From Monocercomonoides exilis PA203 (Eukaryota; Protista; Preaxostyla): DNA of 64,000 nt. Positions 37,701-50,700 of the stretch are shown piece after piece. Below the pieces are notes generated by a model, which was given only the letters and a program-made list of their open reading frames with translations, ran no database searches and was not told the DNA's origin. The stretch covers positions 620,001-684,000 of the forward strand of contig LSRY02000026.1 in assembly GCA_001643675.2 (NCBI GenBank), given 5' to 3'. Each line of letters opens with the position of its first letter. Within the stretch, counting starts at the first letter, position 1. Made by a program: the position numbers and the translations under genes.

Positions 37701-39024
37701 GCAATTTGAGGAGAAAGAGAAGGAGAACAAGAGGAAAGCGGAGGAAGAGAAGAAGAAGGTGATTCAAGAACAGCTGAAGCCTATGGACTTTAATGAACTG
37801 AAGCAGTTTGAGAAGAAAGTGGAAGAGGAGATGAAGAAGAAAGAGGAAGAGAAGAAGAAGAAGAGAAAAGAGGAAGAGGAGCAGCAGAGGAAGGCGTATG
37901 AGGAAGAGACGCAGCAGCTGACCTATATGCAGGCGAAGACCCGGTTTGCGCTTTTGATGGAGTCAGAAGACAAGATGCAGAAGACGAAGTATCAGCGAGA
38001 GAAAGAGGAGCAGAGGAGGAAGAGGGAGAGGCTGAATCAGTTTGGGCATTATGTGCAGGAGACGATAACATTTGCGGTGGACGAGGAGAAAAAGAAGGAG
38101 AGGGAAGAAAGGGTGAAGAAGCTGACGAAGCCGAGCGATCCGAAGAATTGGAAGGAGGAGAGGAAGAGGAAGAAGGAGAAGGTGGTTCTGAGGGAGGGGA
38201 AGAAGAAGGCGATGGGAGGAACGAAAGGAGAGGCAAAGGAAGAAGACAAAGTGAAAGGAGGAGAAGAAGATGGAGAAGGAAAAGAGAAAAGTGTAGAGGG
38301 AGAGGAAAAGACGAAGAAAGAAGAAGGAGAAGGAGAAGGAGAAGGAGAAGAGGAAGAGAAGGAAAGAGATGAATCAAACTCGGAAGATGAGAAGGAGAAA
38401 GAAGAAGATGATGAAAAAGACGAAGAATCAGAAGAATCAGAAGAATCAGAAGAAGAAGAGGGAGGAAAGAAAAAGAGAAGCAAGCAGAAAAAGGCAGAAG
38501 ATTCAGAAGAAGAAGAAGAAGATGATGATGATAATGAAGAAAATGAGTCAGATTTCAAAGATGAATCAGAAGAAGAGTCAGAAGAGAGAAATGCAGCTGG
38601 AAGGAAAGCGAAAGGAAAGGCACAGAAGAAAGGAGGGAAGAGAAGCAGCAAAGAAGAAGAAGATGAGGATGAGGAAGAGGAAGAGGAAGAAGATAATGAT
38701 AAGGAAAGAAGTGAAAGTGAGAGAGACAGAACAGAAGAAGAAGAAGAAGATGATGAAGATGATGATGAGCCGAGATCAAAGAAGAGAAGCAACAGAAGGA
38801 ATGAGACAGAAAGTGAAGAAGAAGAAGAAGAAGAAGAAGATGATGATGATAATAGAAGTGAAGAAGAAAGCGATGAACCGCAAAGGAAACAGAAGAAGAA
38901 TGGAAGGAAAGGAAGAGGCAGAAGCGAAGAAGAGGAAGAAGAAGAAAAACAAGAAGATGATGAAGACAAAGAAGAAGAGGATGATGAAGGAGAAAGAGAA
39001 GAAGAAGGAGAAGAAGACGATTAA
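34786..39024 (+). CDS. Large coiled-coil protein with Ser-rich middle and acidic tail; exons 34786-34917 and 35023-39024
   Basis: 1320-aa ORF plus an upstream exon joined by a phase-0 GT-AG intron. E/K/R heptad-like segments; no catalytic domain recognised. Confidence 0.85.
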
Positions 39025-39605
39025 GAAGTTCATTTCCACTTGCGATAATTTTTTGTTTGCCGTTTAAATGAAACAACCACACCTCATTTTCCACCTCACA
39101 ATAACAGCGCCATGTTGCTTTCCTCTTTCTCATTCTTTCATTTTCTGTTTGAATTGCACTTGTTTGACTTCGTTTGCTCATGTTTATCCAATTCTTTTTT
39201 GCCTCAAGTTTTGCGTTAAAACATCACTTTATCTTATTTTATTAATTTAATTTTAGTTTTAATTTTTGTTTATTTTGATGATGCCATTAGAAGAGCTTAT
39301 TATTATTATTATTATTTGCTCAAACTGTTTCTTTTCTTCTTTCTTCTTTTTTTTACTTTTAAATTTTGTGAGATTTCTGTTGAAATGCTGTCACACGAAA
39401 TTGCTTCTCATTTTCAATTCACCAAAATAAAATAAAATAAAATAAAAAATAAAAAGAAATAAAGACAAATGAAATGATTGAAAAATAAACTGAAAAATTT
39501 CAAACTGAAAATAATATTAATAACAAAATCACATAAACACATACAAAATGTGAAGAAATGAATATCAAATGAAATGTTTTGAATCAAAAACAAAGCAAAT
39601 TAAAA

Positions 39606-39873
39606 TCAGCTTGTTTTTATCTTCTGATTGCGTTTACGAAGGCATCTGACACAAGGATTGGGAGGGTAAATAAGCACAAAGGTGTGTATCATCAGAGGAA
39701 TACACAGCACAACCCACACCCAAAGGAACACAGGAACAGGAAAGATACTCTGCGGAATGGAAGAGGAATGAAGTCAATGAGATATCATTGGAATTATTTA
39801 TTAAAGAAAAGAAAACAAAAGAAAATTTGACAAAAAAAAGTATAATTTGAAATAATCTTTTCAGATGAACACA

Positions 39874-39908
<35 letters not shown>

Positions 39909-40750
39909 TAAATAACACACTTGATGTGATATTGCATAACATTCTGATGCATCGTCAGTCTTTTGAATAAAATAAAATCCATAAAATGTGCAAATGTTGT
40001 CTGGACAGTCAATTTCATCCACAGTCTCCATATCCATTGTCTTTATAAAACATAAACCAATTTTGTATTAAAAATCAAATCAAATGATATATTTTTTTTC
40101 AAAAAAATATAACACAAAAAATTAAACAACACACTCCATTTTCGATCCTAACAGTCGTAGAAGGAAGAGAACAAGCATTTGTTGAAGAAGTGGCAGTTAT
40201 AAGATTTTCACCATGTGACGTGTTAAACGCAATTACTCCTGTGAAGCCTGCTGGGATATTTTGAGTTTGCAAATACTTTTTATCTCTCAAACAATTAACT
40301 TCCAAAGGGCAAGTCGTTGGATTAGTTACATCAATAAGAATTCTACTTTTGTAGTTTGTGAAAATAGGTGTTGGCAAATCGGACAAATCATATATCTCCT
40401 TCACGTCACTTACAAGCATATTTTCCTCTGGAAATTTACCTGCAATGACATGGCAACCACCAACAAGCTCAATCTATTGAGCAAAGTTTGAAATTTTAAA
40501 AATAATACGAAAAGTATTTGACAAACATGACTTGAATAATCTGGTTCAGATAAAACAAAAAATTCATCCTCCTTCTCATTTAGATTAACAACAGTTTCTT
40601 TTGTAATTCCTCTAATTATCATTCCGACGACAAAAACCACAATATAAATTACAATCAAACAAATGTAGTAAATAATATTTCCTATGACATTCTCCTTGGG
40701 ATATTTTATCGAATTATAAGGCTCTTTTATTACAATTAGCTGTAACAGAT
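39606..40750 (-). CDS. Multi-exon membrane protein with two TM segments flanking a Cys-containing loop; 5' end uncertain
   Basis: Spliced reading: ...IIYYICLIVIYIVVFVVGMII...PDYSSH | IELVGGCHV...RIENG | TMDMETVDEIDCPDNICTF...SHQ | SIFPVPVFLWVWVVLCIPLMIHTFVLIY...KTS*. GT-AG sites at each join. Confidence 0.65.
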
Positions 40751-41005
40751 AAAACAAAAAAGAATACCTTTTGGTTCAACCCTATTTTAACAAAAAAGAA
40801 AAAATTTCCTATGCATAACAGATGAAATTTTTAACATATAATCACACATTATTTTAGATTAAATATATATATTAACAAATAATCCTTTTTTGACAAGAAA
40901 TATCTGTTTGCCAATTATTCAGAAATGAAAAATAACTTCTTCTTTTTTATCTAAAAATGGTATTTTGATCACATCTGAACCATCATTTTCTTTATTTCCT
41001 TTTAT

Positions 41006-44000
41006 ATGAGTTATATCTCGAATATTAAAAGGAATTTGTTATTTGTATGCGGAGAGATGTTCATATTATTGATTTTAATAAATTTGATTGAGGGACAATC
41101 ACACAATAACGGTTTAGTTCAACAACAACTCCATTCAAATGAAAATTCACAGGATCTTGAAGAACACAATTTTATGACTCCACAAAACGAAGATTCTTCA
41201 TTTCAAGATTCATTTTATCTTCACTTTCCTTCGACTCCAGCAGGGTTTCAAACATCATATTACAGAGAAACTCCAATAACTTCATTAAATCAGCCTCATC
41301 AAAGTTATTCAAGCTTATTACAAACAACAGAAGAAAGCAATCAACGAACGCTAACAAATTCTCATTCTTCAGAGCATTTGGAATTACTAGACGATGTTTC
41401 AGCATTTACTAATTTAAACGCTTTGAATGATCGAGTTAGTCTTGATGCTCAAAGTCCACATCACATTCAAACATTATCCACTCCACTTACCTCAGATGGA
41501 AGATTTTCGCAAGAAACGCAACCTGCTTTATTTTTTGATACACCCGGATGGGAAACAACAGCGTTTCGTTCAACTTCTTCAATTCTTGATCCTCATACAC
41601 CTCTTTCTGCTTTGTCTCCTTCGACGTTGGAGAGGCCTATTTCATACTCTGATTTTGATTCAACATTCACTCCATCAGCACCCTTTTCTTCAGCGTCACG
41701 TACACTTCCACCCTCTTTCGCTGTATTTTCGTCTTCTCCCCCACAACAACTACAAGGCGCTGTACCAAGCCAACCATATGTAAGACATCCTACAAACTTG
41801 ATGCACTCAGAGAAATCCTGCGACGGTGACGAAAGGGCTTCCAACGAAGAGCCAATGGAAAGCACTCAAAACTCTGAGAACGCAGGTGGCTCAATGCCGC
41901 TTCGCGAAGGAGGTGCAGACGAAGATGGCGAAGATGAAAGTGAAGATGCGATCATGCCACCGCCTGGTCTAGACAACCTCACTGACTCGCCATACTTCGA
42001 CTCCTGTGTGTCCACACCAGCACAGAGCACGCCTTCCTTCCAGCAGTCTCCGCTGGGCCTTTCGGCTTCCGCACATTCAAACACCGAAGGAGTGAATGGA
42101 AGAGGAGGAAGTGGAGTGAATGGAGGAAACGAAGCAGATGAAAGCAGAAGGAGCAGAGGCACGCCTGGTTCTGTGTTCAACATGCTGCACACATCCAGCG
42201 AAAGAACACGCACAGGCACAGTTGACGAGCTGAGCCCTTCTCCTTCTCTTTCGCCTTCTTCTCAGCCATTCTCGTTGCTCCCTCCTTCAGTGCAGTCATC
42301 ACCTTCTCTTGTTCAATCATTGCACATGGGCTCTTTCTCCTCCTTTGCACATGCATCATTCATGTCTTCTATTCAACCCACTTCCTTTGCTCTTCCTGAT
42401 ATGCTGATGCCAACTTCTGATTCTTCTCTTTCATCATCGTCATCAGCATCAGCATCATCTTCTTCGTCATTGTCTTCTTCTTCTTCTTCCTCATCACCAT
42501 CCACCTCTGCTTCTTCTCCTTCCTCCTCCATCTCTCCCTTCCAGTCAGCACTCTCAGTCACTTCTTCTTCTTCCTCTCCTTCATTCTACACACCTTCACT
42601 GAACACCCTCCAGGCTATCCAATCGTCATACACGGTCTTAACACCTTCTTTCCCCCACTCTTCTCAAAGCCCTCTTGCCATTCCTCAGCTAACTGTGTTT
42701 GAGCAACCTTCTCAGACACAAATGCAGTTGCAGAATGAAACACAACAAAGTTCTTCTTCTTCTTCCTCTTCTTCTTCTCCTTCTTCTCTTCAAAGCTTGG
42801 CTGCTTCTTTTCCCTCTCCTTCTTCTTTGTCTACATCATCTCCATCTTCTCTTTCCTCTTGTTCTTCCTCCATCTCTTCCTCTTCTTCTCTCTCTCCTTC
42901 TTCTCTGTCTTCTGCTGCTGACACGATTTCACTGGTTGAATTGTCTGCTTCTGCTGATATTCCTCTTCTCACTCAAATTGAAACAAATACACCAGACAAT
43001 GATGAAGAAATGAAGAAGAAAAGAGAAAATGAAAAGAAAAATGAAGAAAGCGAAAAAACTGATAGGGAAAATAAAGAAACGAATGAAAAAGGAAAAGAAG
43101 AGAATAAAAAAGAAGCAAAAAACAGAAAAGAAAATCAATCACAACAGCAAAAACAACAAAGAAAACAAAACACTTCACAAAATGATGTTCCATTGATTTC
43201 TGATTCATCGAATATGTCATCTTCTTCCTCTTCCTCTTCCTCTTCTTCTAATATCACATCTTCATCATCTTCTTCATCTTCTTCATCAACATCTTCTTCT
43301 TCACAACATAGCAACAAAACACCCAAAGACAAGCAAACGTCAGAAAACAAACAAGAAGCAGAGTCCAATCAGAAGACAAAAGCAGAAGCTGAACAGAAAA
43401 TGAATTCGAATGCAAATTCGAATGTGAATTCGAAGAAGAAGAAGAAAAACAAGAAGAATGCAAAGGAAGAGATAACAGAAAAACAACAAAAGGAGAATCA
43501 GAAGACACAAAATTCAACTTCTTCTTCTTCCTCTTCCTCTTCCTCTTCCTCTTCCTCTTCTCTTTCCTCCTCTCTTTCTGCTATAACCACACCCCCAACC
43601 TTCCAATTGTCTTCATCATCAAACACATCACACACAAACAATCAACAAAAGCAGCAACAAAAGAAGAAGAACAATGACAACAAGAATAAAGATAAAGCCA
43701 GTCATAGTGCACATAATGCACATGACAGTACATCTGATTCATCATCATCATCTTCTTCTTCTTCTCCTCCTTCTTCCTCTCCCTCTTCCTCTTCCTCTTC
43801 CTCCTACTCCTCCTCTTCCACTAACACCCACTCTCTTTCTGTTCTATCAAACATTCCTTCTTCTCAGCCACCTCTCTTAGCTTCTCCCAGACAAACACGC
43901 ACAACAACTTCTTCTTCTGCTTCTTCTTCTTCATCTTCTTCATCCTCCTCTTCTTCCTCTTCTCCTTCAACTCTATCTCCTTCTTCTCTTTCCTCCTCCT

Positions 44001-44531
44001 CCTCCTCCTCTCCCTCTTCTTCTCCTTCCTCTCCTCTCATCTCTCTCCCCAGCACTCCCACCAGACAACCACCCATCCTCTCTGACTCTGTCTCTGTCCC
44101 TTCTGAACCTCTTATCCAGCACACACCAAAGATACAGCCGAAACCACTGGCAAACACAAGAATATCAACGAACACACCAACAAGAAGAGGAGAGAGAGAA
44201 AGAGAAAGAGGAGAAAGAGGAGAAAGAGAAAGAGAAGAGATGGAAGAATTTGTGTCTTATTATTCATCACTTTCGAATCCAGCACAGTCAATTACTTCTT
44301 CTTCCTCTCCTTCCTCTTCCATTTCTTCTCCTTCCTCCTCTTCTTCCTCTTCTCCTTCCTCCTTCTTCTCTTCCTCCTCTTCCTCATCCCCCAGACACCA
44401 CCCTCGTCTTTCCTCTTATCTCCAGCAGACAATCACCTCTTCTCTGCCTCTTCTGGCTGCCCCTGTCATTTCTGCCTCTTATTCGCCTGCTTCTGCTTCG
44501 CCTCATTCAGCGGCGAGTGGGCTGTTAAGTA

Positions 44532-44568
<37 letters not shown>

Positions 44569-46075
44569 TATTGTTGGCATCGCCAGATCCAATTCTCGTT
44601 CTTCTCTGAATTCGCCTTCTCATTCGCGTCGTCCGCTTTTGGACTCTTCTTATTCCACCTCATATTCCGCTCCTCTCCTCTCTCATCCTTCTTCTTCTGC
44701 TTCTGCATCTTCTTCTTCTTCCTCTTCCTCTTCTTCTTCAAAACACACACCAAAAGGCATTCGAACAACTTCTTCAATAGGAACATCACCTTCTTCCTCT
44801 TCTTCCTCCTCTCCCTCTCTCTCTTCTTCTTCTTCCTCCTCCTCCTCATCTTCTTCTGCTTTACTCACTTCTCCTTCTCCTTCTCCTTCTCCTCCTTCTT
44901 TGTCTGGCTTTGCATTGCCTTCGCTTCCTGACAAAACAGAAAATTCTCCTCGTGTCAAATCAAAAGGGAATATGAAACTGTCTCCTCGTCATTTGCAAGA
45001 GCCTTCTTCTTCTTCTTCTTCTTCTCCCTCCTCCTCCTCCTCCTCTTCTCTTTCTTCTTCTTCTTCTTCTTCTGTTTCATCATCCACTTCTTCTTCTTCT
45101 TCCTCTTCTCTTCCAGACAACACATTCATAGACACCATCTCCTTCTCTTCTTCCTCTTCTGCTTCTTCTGTTTCATTGAAGAAGAATAAGAAGCCAGTGA
45201 AATTGGGAGGAAGAGAAGGAAGAAATGAAGAAGGAGAAGGAGAAGATGAAGAAGATGAGGAAGGAGAAGGAGAAGACGAAGAGAGGAGGAAAGGGAAAGA
45301 AGACGGAGCAGGAGGAGGAAAAGGGAAGAAGAAGAAAACGAGGCAAAACAAAGGGAAAAATGCTGTTTCATCAGAAATTCATCACTTGCATTCGGATTCT
45401 GCTTCTTCTTCTGCTTCTTCTTCTGTTGTTGACAGAGGAACAGGAAGAGAAGGAGGAAGAGAAGGAGGAGAAAGAAAAGGAAGGGAAGAAGGAAGAGAAG
45501 GAGAACAGAAGAAGAATGAGAAGAAGAACAAACCAATTGGACAAAAGGGGAAGAACGGATTGGAAATGAATGTGAAACAAGAAGGAGGAGGAGAGAAAGA
45601 GAAAGAGAAAGAGAAAGAGAAAGAGAAAGGAAAAGAGAAAGAGAAAGAAGAGAAAGAGAAAGAGAATGAAATGTATGTATTTAAAGAGGAAAGCAGTCAG
45701 CTTCAGAGAGAAAAGAGGAAGAAACAGAAAGGAAAGAAAGAAGGAACAACAACAACAACAACAACAGCAATAAATGTTATGAATGAAGAAAAGAAGAATG
45801 AAAACAAAAGAGAAGAAGAAGAAGAAGAAAGAGAAAGAGAAAGAGAAGAAAGAGAAAGAGAAAGAGAAGAAGATGAACATTCAACAGGAATAAGTCGCAA
45901 AAGAGTTAAAACAAAGCAGATTAGTTCAAAAAGAGCTAATAATAATAATAATAATAGTAACAATGATAAGAATAAGGATAAGAACAAGAACAAGAATAAG
46001 AAGATTGTCATTTCAGCATCTGTTTTAGTTGTGCTTATGCTGTTTGTATCTGTGGGATATGTCTTGTTGCGTTGA
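41006..46075 (+). CDS. Very Ser-rich disordered protein with C-terminal tail anchor
   Basis: 1689-codon ORF ending KNKNKNKK-IVISASVLVVLMLFVSVGYVLLR*. The true start may be ATG 40957 followed by an intron. Confidence 0.8.
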
Positions 46076-46677
46076 TCATTTTTATAATGATTGAAATAAT
46101 AATGGTAATAATAATAATAATATTTATTTATTAAAGAAAATAATTTTATTATTTTCATTTTTATTTTTAATTTTTAATTTTCATTTTTTATTTTCATTTG
46201 ACAGTTTTTATTGATTTTATTTTATTTTATTTTATTTTATTTTTCTTTTTTTCCTGAAATAAAATTTGTAATTTCGCCTTTTGTTTTCAGACTTTGTTAA
46301 TTGTCGCCTCAAAAAAATTAAAAACAACGCGATTTCATTTGAGATATTAAACGAATGCTTCGATTTTTGTTGTTTTATTCTGATTGTCAAAAATATGATG
46401 AGAATTAATCCTTTGATTTATTTCACAAAGAAAAGATTAAATGTTAACTCTGTTGGATATTTGAGGTATTCACGCATGAACACTTTTATCTCTTAAACAT
46501 ACAAATAAAAACAAGGAAATGGAAAGAAATCAAACAAAAAGTGTATTTTGTGAATTGTAAGTGTGTCAAATTGAATGTGACTGTTATTGCGAATGGAGAA
46601 ATGAAGGATATGTATTTTTTTAATAAATTAAATGGAATAATAATATTTTATAGAAAATAATATTAAATTTCCAAAAA

Positions 46678-47453
46678 TTAACAAAGAATGCACACTCGTT
46701 TTTCGAACAAGTCATGAAAATATTTGGCATGCCAAAGACAAACTCCAACAACTACAAAAAATTGAACAATGCTCCATATGATTAAGCTCCGACTGGTCCT
46801 TCTACTCACTAAAGAATTAGTATTTCCAAAATATCAAAGGCTCTTGTCATTTGAAATGGAACAAAATGGAACACACATTCACTTCTTGCTCTTTCTCTTA
46901 TTTGCAACCTTTCTTGCTCCGAAGCCATCGCGTCAACGTCAACAACAAGATTATATACCAACTTTTCTGTTTCGTTAAATGTAGAAGAGCCCTTTCCTAC
47001 AAGAATTTTTTTTTTGAAACATGAACTTAAATCAAAATTATTTCTCAAACCTCCAAATTGTGATTCAAGAATAAATTTATCCAATGCCAGACTCACAAGT
47101 TTTTCTCCATAAGCCGCTTTTGAAGAAAATCCAAAACGATAAAGTCCGGATGTTTTTGCTGTAATGTTAAAGACTTCATTTGACGAGCGAGAGAAAAATT
47201 CACTTTGATCATTTGGTGATTTTATCTAAGAAAGATTTGCGAATAATATTCATAAGAAATCGAAAAACTTTCAGTTGAAACACACTTCAAACTCAACCAT
47301 CATGTTCCCGCCTTTCACAACCTGCATATGACCAGTTATTTGAGACTTCTCATCATACTCTTCATAAAAATAAACATCTGATCGAGGTTTCACCGTAAAC
47401 AAAAATGAATTGGCGTTATGCAAAAATATGAACAAAAATAATGTTCCCAGCAT
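46678..47453 (-). CDS. p24/emp24/GOLD (TMED) cargo receptor; exons 47453-47286, 47225-47051, 46996-46877, 46808-46678
   Basis: Signal peptide, GOLD motifs (YFYEE, QVVKGG, GLYRFGF), coiled coil (EQERLQIRE), TM (IIWSIVQFFVVVGVCLW) and LFEKR tail. Three GT-AG introns with consistent phases; a further 3' intron is possible. Confidence 0.88.
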
Positions 47454-47799
47454 AATTCCTATGCAAAATAAAAATCTCGATAAAAAGCAAAATAATTAAT
47501 GGGAACCAAAAGTGTTCAGTTGATATTTTTTCGACGTTATTAATTAAATTCAAACTTATTATGCTTTCAGAAAAAGAATAAACCAACCATCTCATTTTCC
47601 AGAAGATAATTAAAAATGTTTTTTTTTATGTTTCGAACTGAACATTGTCAATTTTCTGTATTCACATTCATAAATATCATTATAATTCTTATGCCATGAA
47701 TTTGACAATTTCAAACTTCAAATGAAAATATTTTTTGAAAAATATTTTCATTGTACCCATATTAACATCTTTTTGATCTCGTGTCTTTCTCACTTATTT
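47454..47799. promoter_or_regulatory. Putative bidirectional promoter between the p24 and UBR genes
   Basis: 346-bp AT-rich gap between two divergent start codons. Inferred from gene layout only. Confidence 0.45.
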
Positions 47800-50700
47800 A
47801 TGGAGGAAGACATATCTCCAACAGACATTTCTCACGGTTTGATTTAATAAAGTTTTATTCATCGCATTATTGGGCTACTATCTTTTCACTTTACCTTTCA
47901 TTGTGTAAAAAATATTAATCAATGAATATGTTTTTAGCGATAAATGATCTCACGAAGCAAGCCTTATCAACATTTTTGCTTTTGGTAAAATGTGTTGAAA
48001 ATAGACGCTTACTCGGAAAATTGGTCTGTGAATGGAGAAAGAGACTTTCTGAAGATCAAGACTTTTGCTCTCAAGGTCAAATTGATTCAAAAAATTCTGA
48101 GCTGGTTTGTCACAATTGCATCGTATCTATTTTAAAAAATATACTTAATGATGATTATTTTATTAACAGAATGAAGCTGGAACGGCTCTTTTTCGCTCGA
48201 TTTGTTCCACTCTTGCAAAATTAGTCATCAACTCAAGTTCCATATCACCTTTACAAATTTTATCAATTATATCTGGTTCAAATATCAACGAATCTGTTCA
48301 GAGTAAATGCTTGGCGTATCAAACATTACGTGAGTGCAAGCACGAATCAACATATTCTTGGTTCAGCATTCCTTTAATAAATGGAAAGGATCAGTATTCT
48401 TTTGAATTGTTTAATGGACTTCCTGATTTAAACGAACTACTTTCGCATCTATCGAAAGAGAGTCTTATTTCATTACAAGCAGATTTTCTATCAAACGATG
48501 CATCACTTTATCACTGCCTTTCTTCACGCTGGAAGCGTCATCGCGAAGCTGTTCAAAAGCTGATACAAAAAGTGGATGCCTGCGAAGCAGAAGGAGATCA
48601 AGTGCCTGACGTTGAAAGCAAAACACTCGCTCGTATCACAGAAATGGAGGCAAAGCTGCTAGACGAATGGGAATGCTCCGATGCCGAAGAGACAAAGAAG
48701 ATGAGGGCGCTGCTGCGAATGGAAGGGCTGTGTGAGAAGGATGTGATGATGATGCTGACTGGGAGAGAAGCCTGGGACAGCCTAAACAGCAGCGAAGATG
48801 ACACAAAAGTGGCTGTGAAGCACAGCAACCTGCGTGTTCTGCTGCATCTTCTGAGAATCCTTCCCTCAGAATCATATTGCTCTCTATTCCTCCACTTGTG
48901 CTTCCACGCCTCTTCACAAACATCATCATCATCATCTTCTTCTTCTTCATCTTCTTCTTCTTCCTCCTCCTCCTTCGACTTCATGTCTTCCTTTGCCGCT
49001 GCGTGGTGGGAAGCGTCAGCCACTGTCTTTGCCTCCCCCTCTGTCTCTCTCCCTCTCCTCCCCACTCTCAACATGGCCTCTCCTCAACTGGCTCCTCTAA
49101 GAGCATCGCCAGCGGTGCAGATGGCATCGCCTGTGGTTGCTGCGGGGCTGAATGTAGTGAATGTGAGGGTGGTGCTGCCGAAGAGGAGGAAGGGAGGAGA
49201 AGGAGAAGGAGAAGGAGATAAAGAGGGAAATGAAGAAGGGAAAAGAGAAGAAGATAAGTTAGATAAGGAAGAAGATAAAGAAGAAGGAAACAAAGAAGAA
49301 GAGAAAACAAACAGTGTAGTTATTCCTATCTCTCTTGTGGGTGGAGGGTATCCTTCGTTGATTGCCATTGTGCATCCAGCGCCTGTGAACGATGTGAATA
49401 TTCTTTCTTCTCAAATAGACCCTTCCACTCTGCCATTCTCAGAAAGCGTTGATGTTATTACAGAGAAGAAGAAGAAGAAGATGATGATTAAAGAAAGTTC
49501 GGAGAAACCTGAAAATTCGGAGAAATTGGAGAAACCTGACTCAGGGGAAGAGAAAGAGAAAGAGAAAGAGAAAGAGAAAGAGAAAGAGAAAGAGAAAGAG
49601 AAAGAGAAAGCAGAAGTACAATCTAATTCATCAGGTACTCAATTATCAGCATCATTTGCTCTTGCCACGCCAATAGCTTCTCTGCAGCAGGTGATGTCTC
49701 ATTCGAACATCCAGGACATTAATGAAGATGCGGTTGCTTTGCTCATCAGCGATTCTGAATGTGTTCTCAACACACTCGCTGCTATGAAAGAGGAAGAAGA
49801 AGAGAAGAAGAAGAATTTGCCAGTTGTGAATGCTCAAAAACAGGCACCTGCCCCTCCTCCTTCACGTGTTATGCCTCCTTCTTTTCCTTCTTTTCCTCCT
49901 CAGCCTGCATTTCCTATGCAACCTAATAATACCAATAACATAATTCCACCTTTTCCTTCACCTTTTAATGCCTCTTCTTCTTCTTCTTCTAATTCATCTT
50001 GGCCTTCTTCTTCTTCTCCCCTCCTTCTCTCTCATTCTCAATTCCAATCACAATTCCAATCACAAACTGAACTAGAGCCAACCCATCTTCCTTTCTCTCC
50101 TCTCCTCCCTCTCCTCCAGTCAACAGCTCCTGGTGAATACAACAGCATTGCCAGCTCTTCTTCTCCCAGTGATGTTTCATTGGCCTCAAACCTTCCTGTT
50201 AAGCCTTCGATTGCCTTTATGCTCTCTTTCTTGTCACACACGAAGCTCAATCAGAATCCCCTCTATAGCACAGGCAGGCAGGAGCTGATGGAGAGGATGG
50301 AGGCATTGAAGAGGAAGAAGGAGAAAGTGCAGTTTTTGCTGGGTGGTGGAGGAGGAGGAGAAGGAGGAGAAGGAGAAGAGGATGAGGTGGAGAAGGAGAA
50401 GGAGAGGGTGAGGAGGATGATGCTGATGACACAAGAGGAGAAGAGGAAGCTGATGGATTCAAGAACACCGTTTAGCAAAGTTATACCAACCGATTATTCG
50501 GTTATTGACATGTTCACCTTCATCAACACAGCAAATACGAAAGGAAAACAGGCTCTTCTTCCATCTTCTTCTTCTTCTCTTTCTTCTTCTTCTTCCTCTC
50601 CTCTTTCTTCTTCTTCCGCTTTATCTTCTTCTATTTCACTGCCTTCTTCTTCTTCTTCTTCTGCTGCTGCTTGTTATGTTTCTTCTGCTCCTCAGCCAAA

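Noticed and set aside
39874-39906. Long poly-A tract as a retrocopy tail
   Set aside because: It is a poly-T tract inside an inferred intron of the minus-strand gene, with no TSD or associated element.
32095-47453. Functional cluster of secretory-pathway genes (SND3-like, PHAF1, tail-anchored protein, p24)
   Set aside because: Mixed orientations, unrelated genes in between, and no shared motif seen. Chance adjacency is sufficient.
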